Part shown: piece by piece, positions 1 to 14,860 of the stretch
Position numbering within the stretch: position 1 is the first letter of the stretch
How the letters are laid out: every line of letters begins with the position of its first letter
NCBI RefSeq assembly: GCF_009914755.1
Contig: NC_060934.1
Strand: one strand, 5' to 3'
DNA from: the human T2T-CHM13v2.0 reference genome, Homo sapiens
Length of the DNA: 64,000 bases
Program-made: the position numbers and the translations under genes
The notes under the pieces: model-generated
The model's input: the letters and a program-made list of their open reading frames with translations, nothing else
Database searches by the model: none
What the model was told of the DNA's origin: nothing

Positions 1-1954
1 TTGCATTGTTCATTAACTTTTTGGGCTCATGGTTCATCTCCCCTACAGAACTTTAAGCTCCATAAATCTTTTATAATGACAATTATTTTTACACTAACAA
101 CTAAGATTACCTTAATTTTGACTCCTGCTGCTTATATCATAATACTGAGTGTACTGTTGAGAAACACATACATAGGGAGAGATTTGGCAAATATAAGGTT
201 GAACACTAACTGTGCAAAGTACTTTGCGGATTTAAGATCCCCAAAGCAAGTAAGGGGATGGTTTCTTTTCTGAGACACAAATGGGTTACTGAACACTGAA
301 TAATATGTTAAAGGAAAGCTCAAACACTTAGCATTTGTAAATGGTCTAACACAGAGCTTGGAGGGACCAGTATTCTCTTTCTCCTCTTCTTCATTTAAGG
401 AACATCTTGGAAAGCAGAAGTTATTAATAAAATGTACAGAGGAAAATGCGTTATTTTCCATAAGAAAATGGAGTTTATGAACATAAATTTCCAATTCTGA
501 GGCTTGTCAACTCAGACCATAAAAGTGGCTGGCATATAAGCTTACTAATTTGGACTAATTAAATGACTAGCCATTTGAATCTGGCGAGAGCCCCAATTAT
601 AAAGGGTATTTAAAAGCCACAACACCTAAAATCTGAATTTTTAAAATATCATCAGAAAACACTCAAGGGAGAGATTTTCCTGGAAATTCGCTGTTGAGAC
701 ATAACTTAGGTTCTAAGAGATTGAAAAATCACTTGCATTTGGAAGTAACTTTTCTCTTTTGTACTTATTTACATTATTGTTTGTTGAATTTATTTGTTGA
801 ATACTTTCTCACATCTGTGTGTATTTTAAACTTGAAGAATCCATTTACATTTAATCTTTTATTGGCCCCATGAGTAAAATAAAGACACAATTATGACTCT
901 CTTTCAGGGGCAAACAAAGAAAGACTTAAAAATGCTCCCTAACTTGCCCAGGTTGCAGTGTGAATGAGGAATACAGTGGGAACACAAATCCATACACACG
1001 TATATCTTTCTAAGACCCCCGATGAGGTTACTACTGACCTGAAAGGCAGCACTACTAAGTCAGCAAGATATTTTTAAAAAGTCTTACTGTATTCTGAATT
1101 GTTAGAGAGAAAAACATGTTGATGTACCCAGAAGACCGAAAAAAAGCAATTATGGGGACAAAAACACCCCTCTCCTCTAGACTAATACATAAAGATATTA
1201 TATTAGGTGCAATGTTTAGTAGATGTTTGAGGCAGAAAGAAGGGGAGCTCTTTTCTGCTAATTTGAGTTAAGCTTGTTTGTAATTCAAGTTATTATTTCT
1301 TTTTGTTTACTTGTTTCTATTAAAAAGATATATAGATGATAGATATATAAATATTCTCTCTCTTTATTCTTTCTGAACTGGTAAGATCAGATAACTGGAA
1401 ACAAATGGATAATCTTTGTAGCTTACACCCTAGAATCTTCTCTCCTGTGCCCTTCATGTACTCCACTTCTGCAGAGCTATGTTTATGGAGGAAATTGGAT
1501 TCACTGTTTGCCTACAGCAACACATTTAGCTGGTGGCTGTGCAGGTCCAATTAACTCTTTTAACAATATGGGTCAAATGAGGTTATTGGATTATGTTTGT
1601 AGCCAATTATAATTGTTTTGGTTGAATACTCTCTCTTGTAACCTTATTTACACTTAAGAAAACAGCATAGAAAAATATTTCATTGTGTGGAAGAAAATAG
1701 CCTAGGCAAATATTGGAAGAACAATTTCTCTTTTCTAGATCACGAAACATGACCTCTTATTTATGTTTGGGCATAAAGTAAAGCCTTTTTTGCAGAAATA
1801 AAAATAAAAGTGTTAGATATAAAACACTTTGAACACACATTATTCCCATCATTATAATTATCATTATTATCTCTACCTCACCATGAAAAGTAAAGCCTTT
1901 AATGGGAGGGACACAATGTGATAGGAAGAAAGGAACCCAAGAGGGAGACGAAGT

Positions 1955-2100
1955 AGACCAGGGTTCTAGTGTTGGCTTTGCGGCTGGTGAGTCATAGTCT
2001 CTCTGAACTTAATGCCCTCCATCTAGAAAGTGGAAATAATAAGCTTGTTACCACAATGATTAAACAAAAAAATGTACATGATGTGTTTTACCAAGTAAAA
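1955..2100 (+). mobile_element. MIR SINE fragment
   Basis: Degenerate MIR core (gggttctagtgttggctttgc...tctctctgaacttaatgccctccatctagaaagtggaaataat). Confidence 0.5.
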
Positions 2101-2689
2101 ATAATACAATATTGGTTATAAACTAGTGTTGAATAATAGGAATTTCTTCTGCAGTTATTTTAAACTGTATTGCAAGGAGATTTTGTTCCATATACAGTCA
2201 TGGGCCACATAACAATGTTTTGGTTGACGATATACCGTGGTGGTCCCATAAGATCATAACGAAGCTGAAGACTTTCTATCAGTAATGTCTTAGCCATTAT
2301 AACATTGTAGTGCAATGCATTAGTCACACATCTGTGGTTAATACTAGCATAAACAAATCTAGTACGCCTCCAGTCATATAAAATGTCGCACATACAATTA
2401 TGTGTGGTACATCATACTAAGTAATGACAATAAACAACTATGTTACTGTTATACGTAGTGACTTTTTTCTGTCATTTTAGAATATGCTCCTTCTACTTAT
2501 TAAAAAAGTATGCTGTGTTATTCTAGCAGCAGGAATATCTAGTAGAGGGAATATGCTCCTCCTACTTATTAAAACAGTGTGCTATGTTATTCTAGCAGCA
2601 GGATCATATTTCTCCTATTTACTGTGTCTCTTAATTACATCATTTTCTTTTGTGCTTGATTTAATCTCATTTTGTTTTGTTCATCAGGG

Positions 2690-4491
2690 CCTCTGAGTAT
2701 AAAAAGCCTACTGCTAATATTGCCAGTAAGAAGCTACAACAAGTGATTGACCTGAAAACAAAATTAGAAGTGATTAAGAACTACAAAGGTAGAACATCAA
2801 TGATGATTACTGCTCACCTGTCAGACAGATCTCATTCCACTATAACTATGATCTTAAAGTACAAGAACTAACTAATAGAAGCTCTGAGATAATCTCCTTC
2901 ACTGAAGGCAATGAGACTAACAAAAATTTGGGAAGGGCCTATATCAGATATGGAGAAACTTCTAATCATGTAGACTGAAGGCCAGACACAGAAGTGTACT
3001 CCTCTTAGCACCATGATAATCATGACCAAAGCAAAAAGTTGTTTGCAGTGATGAAAGAGAAGGTTTGACTTGACTGTGTTGTTGAATTTACTACTAGGTC
3101 TGGGTGGTTTAAATGATTCAAGAATCATTACTCATTACCTAACAGGAAAGTAACTGGTGAGTTTCTAAGTGCTCATATGAAGGCAGCTGAAAAAATTGGG
3201 GAAATTCTAGATAAGCTAATTGTAGAGAAAATTTACCTGCTGGAGCAAATCTGGAGTATGGCTGAAACATCTCTATTCTGGAAGTGAATGCATGAAGGGA
3301 CTTTCATCCATAAGACCAAGTCAATGCCAAATTTCTAGCTCTCTAAGGACAGGATAACAGTCGTATTTGGAAGGTAGTGTTGTATATTACACATTGAGCC
3401 CTTTGTGGTCTGGCACGGTGAGTGTTACAGGGCCTGCAAGCATATCAGTAAGAACATATTGCCAGTGTACAACCGGAGTAATAAGAAGTGATGGATCAGT
3501 CAGCTCCATTTCCAAAATTCCCTTCTGAATTGCCATGTCAGCAAAATGGAGAAGTACTGTTTGGAAAATAACATACTTTCAAGATTTTGCTTATTGTTGA
3601 GAATGCTCCTGCACATCCTCCTTTATTGGTGATCTTCATCCTCATACCAAAGTGATGCCTGTCCCTCCAAATGCTAATTCTTTGACCCAAACAGTGGGTC
3701 AAGGATTCATAGTGATTTCTAAGCCTTATTGCCTGAGTAGGACCTCTGCCCAGGCTATTGCTGCAACTGAGGAAGACACTCATGCAATTCTGGCAGGATT
3801 ACAACATCTATGATTGCATCAAGAAACTTGCTTGGGCTTGGGGTGATATCACCCAGGGATGTGTGAATGGCATCTGGAAGAAAATATTCAAGAGTTTTGC
3901 TCATGACTACAGAGAATTTGCCAAGAGTGAGAGGGTTGTAAAAATTGAAAAGGCTGTGATTGAGATAGCAAGTAACTTTAACCTGGGTGTGGAGAAGGAT
4001 GATATTGAGGAGCTCCTAAAGGGGGTTCCTAAGGAACTGACTAATGAGAAGTTGGAATTGGAATAGGAATGCATTGCTCAAGAAGAGGCAAGAGGAAAGG
4101 GAAGTGCAGGAGAAGAAAAAGCGGAATAACCCTTAAAAAAAATCCACAATGAAGAGTTTAGTAGAAGCTTTTGCAGACCTCAACAAGCTCCTTAAAAAGT
4201 TTAAAAACATGGACCACCAACACCAAAAGGTCATGGTGTGTTATCTGCTTACAAGCAAATCTATGATTAAAAAAGAAACAAACTAAGCAAACCAACATGA
4301 ACGTATTTCAGAAAAGACTGACACCTCCTCAAGAAGAGCCCCAGACAGGTCTTTCAGGAGGGATTCCAGAAGAAAGCATTGTAATCATCGGAGATCACAG
4401 GTCCGTGCATGTTATTGTTGCTGAACACCTTACAGTGGGACAAGATGTGGAGGTGGAAGACAGTGATACTGATGATCCTGACCCAGTGTAG
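2690..4491 (+). pseudogene. Decayed pogo/Tigger transposase (CENP-B-like HTH plus DDE_1 domain)
   Basis: Fragments KKLQQVIDLKTKLEVIK (HTH), EQIWSMAETSLFWK* (3243-3287), KILLIVENAPAHP (3581-3619), PPNANSLTQTVGQGFI (3664-3711), FWQDYNIYDCIKKLAWAW; many stops and frameshifts. Confidence 0.85.
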
Positions 4492-4615
4492 GCTGAGGCT
4501 AATCAATGTTTATGTCTTTTTTTTTTAACAAAAAATTAAAAAAACTGAAACTAAAAAGCTTAAAAAATAGGAAAAATCCTATGGAAGTAGAATATAAAGA
4601 AAAATAATATTCTTG

Positions 4616-4934
<319 letters not shown>

Positions 4935-5789
4935 AAAGAAAAATAATATTCTTGTACATCTGTATATTCTGTTTCTGTTTTATGCTAAATGTTATTACAA
5001 AAGAGTCAATAAGTTAAAATATTAAAGTTTATAAAGTAAAAATGTTATAACCAGTTAAAGTTAATTTATTGTTGAAGAAGAAAAAATTTTTAGATAAATT
5101 AATGTAGCCTAAGTATACAGTGTTTATAAAGTCTGTGGTAGTGTATAGTAATATCCTAGGCCTTCACATTCATTCAGCCCTCACTCACTCACTCACTCAC
5201 CCAGAGCAATTTTCACTCCTGCAAGCTCTGTTCATGGTAAGTACCCTATACAGGTATACCATTTTTTATCTCTTATACTATATTTTAACTGTACCTTCTC
5301 TATGTTTAGATACATAAATATTACCATTGTGTTACAGTTGCCTGTAGTATTTAGTACAGTAACATGCTGTACAGGTTTGTAGCCTAGAAGCAATAGGCTA
5401 TACCATATGGCCTAGGGACACAGTAAGCTATATTATCTAGGCTTGTGTAAATACAGTCTATGATGTTTGCACAACAATGAAATAGACTAATGACACATTT
5501 CTCAGAACATATTCTTGTTGTTAAGCAACACATGACTATATTAAAACTGTTCCTAGGGAATGTTAAGAAAAATGCTGTTAACTAATCATTTTTTTCTTCT
5601 CCTGTTGCAAATATGCTATGAATGCGAATAGGGTTTTCTAAAGACAATGGGAAAGTCCATGACACATAATTGAAAAAGTCACTATGATTAGGTATATCAC
5701 CAGAAGACCAAGTGGCTCTGTAAGGAACTAAAGTTAAATGCCAACAACCAAGCAAATGAGTGATTCTGAGCCCCAGGACATGTTTTAAA

Positions 5790-6330
5790 ATATAGGTTTC
5801 ATTATTATACAGTTATGGTTAAGCCAAAAGATCAGAAAATGATGGTCATTGCAAAAATAATCTGTTACTCACAGTTCCCAAAAGGGGTGGGCGTGCCGCA
5901 ACACACAGAGCCATGTGGGAAACTGCCATGGTCAGTCAGGAGGAAGAGAGAGAGCTGGGAAAATGGACAAGAGCCTTTAATTTGGCTTTTGCAGTGAGGA
6001 ACAGGTGAGCTATAGTAAACAGGTTTAGGATTGGCTAGTTTGAATACTTTTAGTAAATTATGGGGCATAGGGGTTATCCCTAGTTGCCTGGTACCTGGCG
6101 CTGGGATGATTTGGGCAGGTGGATAATGACACTGACTGTAAGAGCCTAAAAGAGAAAATGTTGGGTTCTGTGGGCTCTGGATTGGTTATTTTGCATATGA
6201 AAAGTGCACTCCCTTAAAGGCAAGTCTTTTAGTATTTCTAGGAATTGACTGGCTCTGGGAGGGGCAGTCTTTCCAAATTCATCAAGGCCCCAGCTGTCAA
6301 AACATTAGAAGCACATGCTTAACCTAGGAT
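5790..6330 (-). mobile_element. ERVL-class solo LTR (MER54/MER74/MER88-like; subfamily uncertain)
   Basis: Resembles recalled consensus (ttactcacagttccca...taggattggctagtttgaata...ccctagttgcctggtacctgg). Confidence 0.6.
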
Positions 6331-6409
6331 GAATCCAAGGAACCTATCATCAGGTATTTGCAGTTGCATCTGTTGTTCAGCTTACACTCAAAAATGGCAA
6401 TAGCTAACT

Positions 6410-6565
6410 TTTCTGACAATCTTTGTGAGGTGAGTTTTATTTGTATCTCCAATCTGCAAATAGGTAAAGAGATACATCAGTGAGGTTAAATAATTCACCC
6501 AAGTAAAATAGATTGATTTGATTCAGGTTATATGTGGGCGAGACCAAAGCCCATGTTCTTTCTGC
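6410..6565 (-). mobile_element. MIR
   Basis: Reverse MIR core (acaatctttgtgaggt...cagtgaggttaaataattcacccaag...ccaaagcccatgttcttt). Confidence 0.6.
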
Positions 6566-7052
6566 GAGCCAAGAATGACTTAAGGTTATTATTCACAGAT
6601 AGGCCTGTGTGTTTGTAGCACCTACTCCAGACATCATGTCCTTGAGAAAAGCAAAGAATAATCATAGAACAAGCACATATAGCATTGCAGGGGCATGCCC
6701 TGTGAACTCAGATGCTGGGAAGTTGTCTTGGGGAGGAGATGCATTATGGTACGTTTCATTTCTGGTAACTCTGAGGGTGACTGAGTGTTCAGGAGGGCAA
6801 GTCAACTCTAAAGTGGAGTCAAGGTGAAAAAGTGCCATGTCTGTGGTCAATATCTTAGAAAGTTTACGGATTTCCTTGTCCTGCTGACATGGAAGAGCAG
6901 GACAGTAAGATCATTCTATTTCCAACATCAATCCAGAAGCCTGGTGCTTTCTCTCTCATGTGCCACTGGCAGTGTGCCATTTTTGACAGACCAAAAGAGC
7001 AGTGAGCTGTCTTTAAGATCCAAGCATCAAGGTCTATTTCTTAGTATCAGAC

Positions 7053-7280
7053 AGTTTAGCGATTAAGACACTGGACTCAGGAATAACACAACCTGGGTTC
7101 GTAGCCTAACTTCAACACTTACTAGCATATGATCATGAATGATTTAAAATTTTAAATCCACACCAAAACATGGGGATAATGACTAGACTTACTTTGTGGG
7201 ACTATTGTGAGGATTAAGTGGGGAGAGGCACACAAAGTGCTTCATATAGTGTCTTACACAAAAATGCACTTGATAACTTT
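7053..7280 (+). mobile_element. MIR
   Basis: gattaagacactggactc...cctgggttcgtagcc...cacttactagc...ttgtgaggattaag...aaagtgctt. Confidence 0.75.
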
Positions 7281-7539
7281 TTAATATTTTTATTAATGAT
7301 TTTTAAAGTTTAGTACAAAATTTATGTGCAGAGTGGATTTCAATTTCTTTTGGTATTCTGTCAAGACTTGTTGAACACAACCGTAACAAAGCCATGGAAC
7401 TATGAGAAAGCAATCTCTCTCTCTCTCTTCCTCCTTCCCTCCATCCCTCACTCTTAAACACCCACACACAGATATACACACACACAGCTATAAATGAGCA
7501 TCTACTATACATTTGCTTGGAGATCTTTCAGTATTTACA

Positions 7540-9070
7540 TCCAAGTCAGTGTTACACTCACGTTGTGTTGCATCATATTTCAGGCCTACTGTATATTATG
7601 AGTATTTAGCCATTTCCTGATTAATGAATATTCAATGACTACATGTTGTCCAATGATTGGATGGTTGTACGAAATATGGTGAGAAGCAGAAGATGAATCT
7701 GACAAGGTAGGAAAAAGCCAGATGACGCAGGACTTTCATGATATGTTAAGAAACTGTGATTTCATATTAAATACAATGTGATGACATCTATGAGTTTTAA
7801 GCAGCATGTCCATTACCACCAGTATTTTGTTACACCGTTGCTGCATTGAATAACTATACATACATCTTTAAATGAGTATGCAAGTATTTCTTTAAGTTAG
7901 ATCGCTAGAAATAGAATGACCAGCTTCACACATTTTACATTTTCAGAGATATTAACAAAATACTCTGCAGAAAGGTAACTAATTGCTCATCTGAGCCAGT
8001 GTCTGGAAACCCACACCCCACCTGGCAAACCTTTGATATTATAATGTTTAAAAAATAATTTGCTAATTGTTGGAAGAGAAATTGTACAATGGTTTTGGAT
8101 CTTGTAGCGGAATTATATTCTGGAGTTGATACATAAGGAAAAATATAATCAAAATAGTCCTAGGATGTTCCATGAATCATGCTTGAAGTATCATAAATAA
8201 AATGTAATTTGGGGGGTATACAACCCTCTATTGTAATTCTTATGTACCCTAAGCACAAGAAACACTGAGCCAGAAAAAATAAAGAAAATAAAGTTTATAT
8301 TGCAGGTGTCTAGGAATTGAAATCCTTCTGCTTTTAAGACAACTACCAAATTCTAGGGTGAGTGGGGTCAGGGCACGTAATTCTGAAGTAAATTATTTCT
8401 ACTTGTCTTCAGGGTTTATTCTATTTTGTATTTATTAAGTCTGTAATCTTACCCAATGTTAAGCATTTTTATCTTTGTAAAAATTATTAAGATAATATTT
8501 AAAATACCTATCAGAGATCTAGATTAAGAAGTGCTGTATAACTGTTTCTGACTTTGAATCTAAATTGTGCCAAATCTGATACATATTCTTACTGCTCTTT
8601 GAAAAGTCAGAAATTTGCTTTTTAAAAACTGACCTCTCCTCATGTGTTACCAAGTAAGAGTTCTTTCCCTCATGTTTGTAGCTATTACTTTTAGTAATAC
8701 TGGAGGGAAGATGAACATGAGAAGGAAAGATTGATGTTAAGTTCCACTGTCAGCATTACATTAAATAAACATATAATGACACAATACTAGATCTCATTGT
8801 TTACTAACTTCTGCTGATTTCCACTGAGTTTGATAATATTTCATCTGTTTATAACTTATTATGATTTCTTTTCCAAGAATTGGTGGCTCACGTTCTCTGC
8901 TTCTATTCCTGTTCAGCTCATATTGGTTTGTTTTGTATTTCAAATCTTTCTCCACTTTATGCTTATATTTTTTATTTGTTTATGATGCTTTTTGATATAC
9001 GAAGCATTTTATTCTTTATATACTCAAATATGCCAGTCTTTTCCTTTGTGGCTTTTTGGTTTTGCAAAAT
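7540..9070 (-). mobile_element. Fragmented old L1M(E) pieces with an L2 fragment (~7680-7800)
   Basis: Patchy similarity to antisense L1 3' ORF2/UTR and to L2; boundaries approximate. Confidence 0.4.
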
Positions 9071-9526
9071 CTTAGGACATAATGCCTTTATAGCATTCAT
9101 GATCTTTATCCATTTTATTATTTTAAAAAATTTGTAGGGAAACGGGAGTTTAGTGAAGTTAAATGGCTTATCTAGAAAGACACCAATTCTAAGTCATGGA
9201 GCAGGACTGAAACCCAGGCTTCCTGAGTCCACATTCTCTGATGCCTCTTTTCACCCTTGGTTGTTTCTTTCTTTGGGTTGGACAGAAGGTAGTGGCTCAA
9301 TATACTTCCATGTCATCTATTCTTAAAATAGCGTCTTGGTATGTATAATTTTATTAGGCCTCTTTTTGTTCCAAAAAAGATATCTGATTCAAGATAGTCT
9401 AATAGAAAATAGAAAACAAGAATTCATTAGCTCCTTATTTTGATAGTCCAAGAGTGAATCTGTTCTCATGTATAGTTTTATATATGGGCTTGATACAAGT
9501 AGGACTATCCATTTTATCTGTTGTTT

Positions 9527-9534
9527 TATCTATC

Positions 9535-9585
<51 letters not shown>
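9527..9585. repeat. Tetranucleotide microsatellite [TATC]2 ATC [TATC]12
   Basis: Direct reading. Confidence 0.98.
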
Positions 9586-9586
<1 letters not shown>

Positions 9587-9745
9587 GTCTAATCTCTGTC
9601 CTTGTCCTAATTATTTCTGCTCCTCTCTGCATGTCAGCTTTATTCTCTTCTGATTTCGATAAACTTTTCTACACAGTGGGAAAGATAACTGCTAGAAATT
9701 CCAAATCCAGTATCTTACAGCTTATGCTCTAAAAGGCAAAAAGGT

Positions 9746-10082
<337 letters not shown>

Positions 10083-10419
10083 TTATGTTCTTCTAAGTGA
10101 TGTACAAGTTTCTGAACCAATCACTCTGTCCATGATGGGCCAGGCTTCTTGATTGACAGACCCACCAAGATGTGTGTGGCATTTCCCTACAGGAACACGT
10201 GCAGGAGGAAGAAGAAAGCAAGCAGGGCATTAAAAGCGGTGGTTGTCAATACCCATGACAGTGATTTTCCCAATATTTACTGTACCTGAGCAGTGGCAAA
10301 ATCACCTACACCCTAGCTGCTCTGTCTAGATGAAAGGTGACTCATCTTCTATCTCCACATGGAATCTGAACTGTAGTAAAAGTATAGTTATATTACAAAG
10401 TCTCTTTATTGACAAGTCC

Positions 10420-10670
10420 TAGTATCCCTGGAATAAATCCCATTTGGCCATGGGGTGTATGTTCCTTTTAATGTATTGCTGGATTTGGTTTACTAGTATT
10501 TTGCTGAGAATTTTTGCAACTACGTATTTCAGGGTTACTGACCTGTAGTTCTATTTTCTTGAGGTATCTTTGCACGGCTTTGGTATTAGGATGTTGCTGG
10601 CCTCATAAAATTAGTTTGGAATTGTTTCCTCAATTCTTTCAAAGTGTTTGAGAACTGGCATTAATCTTTA
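10420..10670 (-). mobile_element. L1 ORF2 mid-region fragment
   Basis: atccctggaataaatccca...ctagtattttgctgagaatttttgc...ttggtattaggatgttgctggcctcata matches antisense L1 ORF2. Confidence 0.8.
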
Positions 10671-10684
10671 TTTTGTCAAGAAAA

Positions 10685-11649
10685 TTTAAAAAATTGTTAT
10701 ATGAGTTATACAAATTGTGGGGGGTACACATATGATATTGTGATATTTGTATACAGTGTGTATTGATCACATGAGGGTAATTGGGACATTCATCACCTCT
10801 AATATTTATCTTTTCTTTTTGTTGAGGACATTATAAATCCCATCTTCTAGTTATTTTAAAATATACAATAAATTATTAACTCAAATTTTTCTATCCTACT
10901 ACTGAATACCAGAACTTATTCTTTCTATTTAATTGTATTTTTATCCAAGTTCTCTTTATCCCCCTCTTCTCTTCCCAGCCTTTGGTAACTACTATTCTAC
11001 TCTCTTCCTCCATGAGATCCATGTTTTTCACTCTCACATATGAGTAAGAACATGTGAAATTTGTCTTTTTGTGCCTGGCTTATTTCACTTAATACAATGA
11101 CCTCAGGTTCCATGTGTGTTGCTGCAAATGACAAGATTTCATTCCTTTCAATGGCTGAATAATATCCCATTGTGTACATATACCATATTATCTTTATCCA
11201 TCCATCTGTTGAGGGACCCTTAAGTTGATTCCATATCTTGACTATAGTGAATAGTGCTGCAATAAACATGGAGTGTAGACATCTCTTCAACATACTGATT
11301 TCCTTTCTTTTGGACATATACCCAGCAGTGGAATTGCTGGATCACATAGGAGTTTCATTTTTAGTTTCTTGAGAAACCTCCATACTATTTTCCATAATGG
11401 CTACACTACTTTACATTCCTGCCAGCAGCATATGAACCTTTCCCTCTCTGTGCATTCTTGCCAGCATTTTTTGTCTTCTGCCTTTTTGATAATAGCCATC
11501 CTAACTGGAGTGAGATGAAATCTTATTGTGGATTTAATTTATATTTCCCTGTTGATTAGTAACTTTTTTTTTTTCACGTCTTTTGGCCATTAGTATGTCT
11601 TCTTTTGAGAAATGTCTATTCAGGTCATTTCCCCATTGTTAAATTGCAC

Positions 11650-11680
<31 letters not shown>

Positions 11681-12718
11681 ATAGAGCTCCTTTTATATTT
11701 TGATTATTAATCCCTTGTTGGATGCATACCTTGCAAGTATTTTATCCCATTTTGTAAGTTGTCTATTGACGTTTTTCATTGTTTCCTTTGCTGTACAGAA
11801 GCTTTTTAGCTTGATGTAATTTCATTTGTCTATTACTGCTTTTGATGCCTGTGCTGTTGAGCACAAAAAATCTTTGCCAAGGCCAACATCCCGTAGTATT
11901 TTCTCAATATTTTCTTCTGTAGTTTCATAATTTCAGTCTTGCTTTTAAGTGTTTCATCCATTTTAAGCTGGTTTTTGTATATGGTGAAAGACGAGGTTTT
12001 AGTTTCATTCTTTTATATATAGATATCCAGTTTTCCCAGGACCATTTATTAAAGAGGTTGTCTTTTCCCCAGTGTATGTTCTTTGCCCCTTTCTCAAACA
12101 TTAATCCGCTGCTAATATGTAAGTTTATTTATGGGTTTTCTATTCTGTTCTGTTGGTCTTTGTGTCTGTTTTTATGACAATAGCATGCTGTTTTGGTTAG
12201 TATAGCTTCAGAGTATAATTTGAAATCAGTGCAATACTTTGGCTTTGTTGTTTTTTGCTTAGGATTGCTTTCACTATTCAGGGTCTTTTGTAGTTCTACA
12301 CACATTTTAGAATTTATTTTAAATTCCGCAAAGAATGTCATTGGTATTTTGATAGGGATTGCATTGAATTTGTATATTACTTTGATTAGTGTAGAGATTT
12401 TAATATTACTTTTTAAAATTCATGAGCTTATCTTTTCACATGTTCTCTTTAATTTTTTTCATTCATACTTTGTAGTATTCTTTGCAGAGATCTTTCATTG
12501 TCTTCAATTTCTTTCATTCATATTTATAGTTTTCTCTACAGAGATTTTTATTCTGGTTAAATTTGTTTCTAATTGTTTTTGAACGTATTGTAAATGGAGT
12601 TGCTTTCTTAATTACATCTTCAGATTGATGTTAGCATACAGAAATACTACTGACTTTTGTATACTGGTTTTATATCCTACAACTTTGCTAAATCCTATAA
12701 ATTTACTGAATTTGTTTG
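10685..12718 (-). mobile_element. L1MA-type LINE-1, 3' ~2 kb
   Basis: ORF 10997-11317 gives the ORF2p C-terminus (MFIAALFTIVKIWNQ...EILSFAATHMEPEVIVLSEISQAQKDK); ORF 12129-12341 also ORF2p-like; L1MA-type 3' UTR. Confidence 0.9.
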
Positions 12719-14457
12719 CCTAATTGACATTTATAGAACCCTACACATAATGGCAAAATACACATTATATGGAATTCCCCATATATATTCACCCAAATAA
12801 GCCACATACTTTAAATAAATTTAAAGATTGAAATCATTCAGAATATGTTATCTGATCATAATGGATATATAGAAAATATATTAACAATGAAAACATGTGG
12901 GGGAGCATATTTGAAAATTAGATAACACATTTTTAAAGACTGTAGGATGAAGAAGATATCACAAAAAACCACAGGAAAATATTTTAGTTGGGTACTAATG
13001 AAAAATTCAACAAAATCTCTGTGAGTTGGCTAACAGGTAAATTTATAACTAAAAATGTTCATGTTGGAAAAGAAAGAAGACCTAAAATTAATGACATAAG
13101 GTTTCATCTTAAGTCATAAAATAATGAGCAAAATAGATGTAAAATTTCTCAAAAAGTTGAGCAGAAATTAATAAAATCAGAAATACAGAAAATTATCAAA
13201 AACAAAACCTCATTACTTGGAAAGATAAACAAAAGGAATAAACCTGTAGGTAGACTAATTACTGAAAAGAGAGAGAACAAAAATACTATCATCAAGACTA
13301 AAAGAAAGGTTAACAATGCATACCTTAGAGACATTAAAAAATAAAAAAATTTATTAAAACATTTATGCCAAATATTTTGAAGACAATGATTCAGGCAAAT
13401 TCTTTGAATAATGTTACTTACTAAGATCAACATGAGATGTAATAAAAACTGAAAAAAATACTAATTTTTATGGTATTTTCACCGGCAAATTATATTACCA
13501 TTCAAGAAATAAATGACACCTATGACACATAATTCAATAATAAAAAGACACATGAACTGATTATAAAATGAACATAGAAAATTGAATAGAAATTTTTCTG
13601 GAGAAGATACAATTGGCTGACAAGCACATGAAAGATGCTTAATATCATTACTAATCATTACTAATCAGGGAAATGCAAATCAAAACCAAATTTGGATATT
13701 ACATCATACTCACTGACACAATTATACCAAAAATACAGATAATAGCAAGAATAATAAGCAAGATAAAAAAATAACATGTGTATGTAGAGAAATTGAAACC
13801 CTTATACGTAGCTGGTGGGAATGTAAAATGGGGCAGACACTTTGGAACATAGTCTGGCAGTTCCCTAGGAAGTTCAACATATGGGCCAACAATTCCACTC
13901 CTTTGGTAAATACCCAAGAGAACAAAAACATATGCCCAAACAAACTTGTACACACATGATCATAGCAGTGCTATTTATAATAGCCATAAAAAGGAAATAA
14001 TGTTTATCGACTGATGAATGGATAAACGAAATGAGATATGTACATACAATGCAATAATGTTCAGGAATGAAAATAAATAAAATACACATGCTAAAACATG
14101 AATGGTCCTTGAAAAGACGATGTTAGGTGAAAGAAACTAGGCATAAAAGACCCCAAATTACATTATTATATTTATACAAGAATTTCAGAATAGGCAAATC
14201 TACAGAAGCAGAGATATTAATGGTTGCTTAGGGCTGGGGAGATGGATGACCGGAAGAAACCGTAAAAGGCTGATGATGGGTATGGGGTCTCTTTTGGGTA
14301 TTATGAAATAAAATGTTGTAAAATTGATTGTAATGATGGTTGTCAAACTTAATGAATATATTTTTAAAACCTTGAATAAATGTCTTCTTTTGAACTTACA
14401 GTATAATTTAAAAATATATATATATATATAAACTTTGAATAACACATTTCAGATGGG

Positions 14458-14807
14458 TTAGATGATTAATTTATTATGTCAGTTTGGTTAGGCCATTGTA
14501 TTGAGATATTTAGTTAAACATGTCCGGATGTTGTTGTGAAGGTATTTTTAGATAAGATTAACAGTTAAGTCAGTAGACTTTGAATAAAGAGAATTACCTT
14601 TAATCCTTAATGTGAGTGGACCTTAACCAATCAGTTGAAGGTCTTAAAGAAAAGCTGATCTCTCCAGAGGAAGAAGAAATTCTGCCAGCAGACTGACTTT
14701 GGACTAAAACAACAATATTAGCTCTTCCGTGGACCTTTGCACTGCCAGCCCACCTTGCAGATTTTTGACTTGCCAGCCTCTACAATTGTGTGAGTCAATT
14801 CCTTAAA

Positions 14808-14860
<53 letters not shown>

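Noticed and set aside
1-494. Overlapping ORFs 1-273 (+) and 132-494 (-)
   Set aside because: No recognisable domain or exon structure; composition typical of chance ORFs in AT-rich DNA.
6691-6700. Perfect p53 half-site GGGCATGCCC
   Set aside because: No adjacent second half-site; a lone decamer is not sufficient evidence.
9527-9590. Identity with a core forensic STR (D13S317, D7S820)
   Set aside because: Flanks do not match the flanks I recall for those loci; no name assigned.
9454-9732. Hydrophobic ORF with IYLS repeats resembling a membrane protein
   Set aside because: Translation of the (TATC)n microsatellite.
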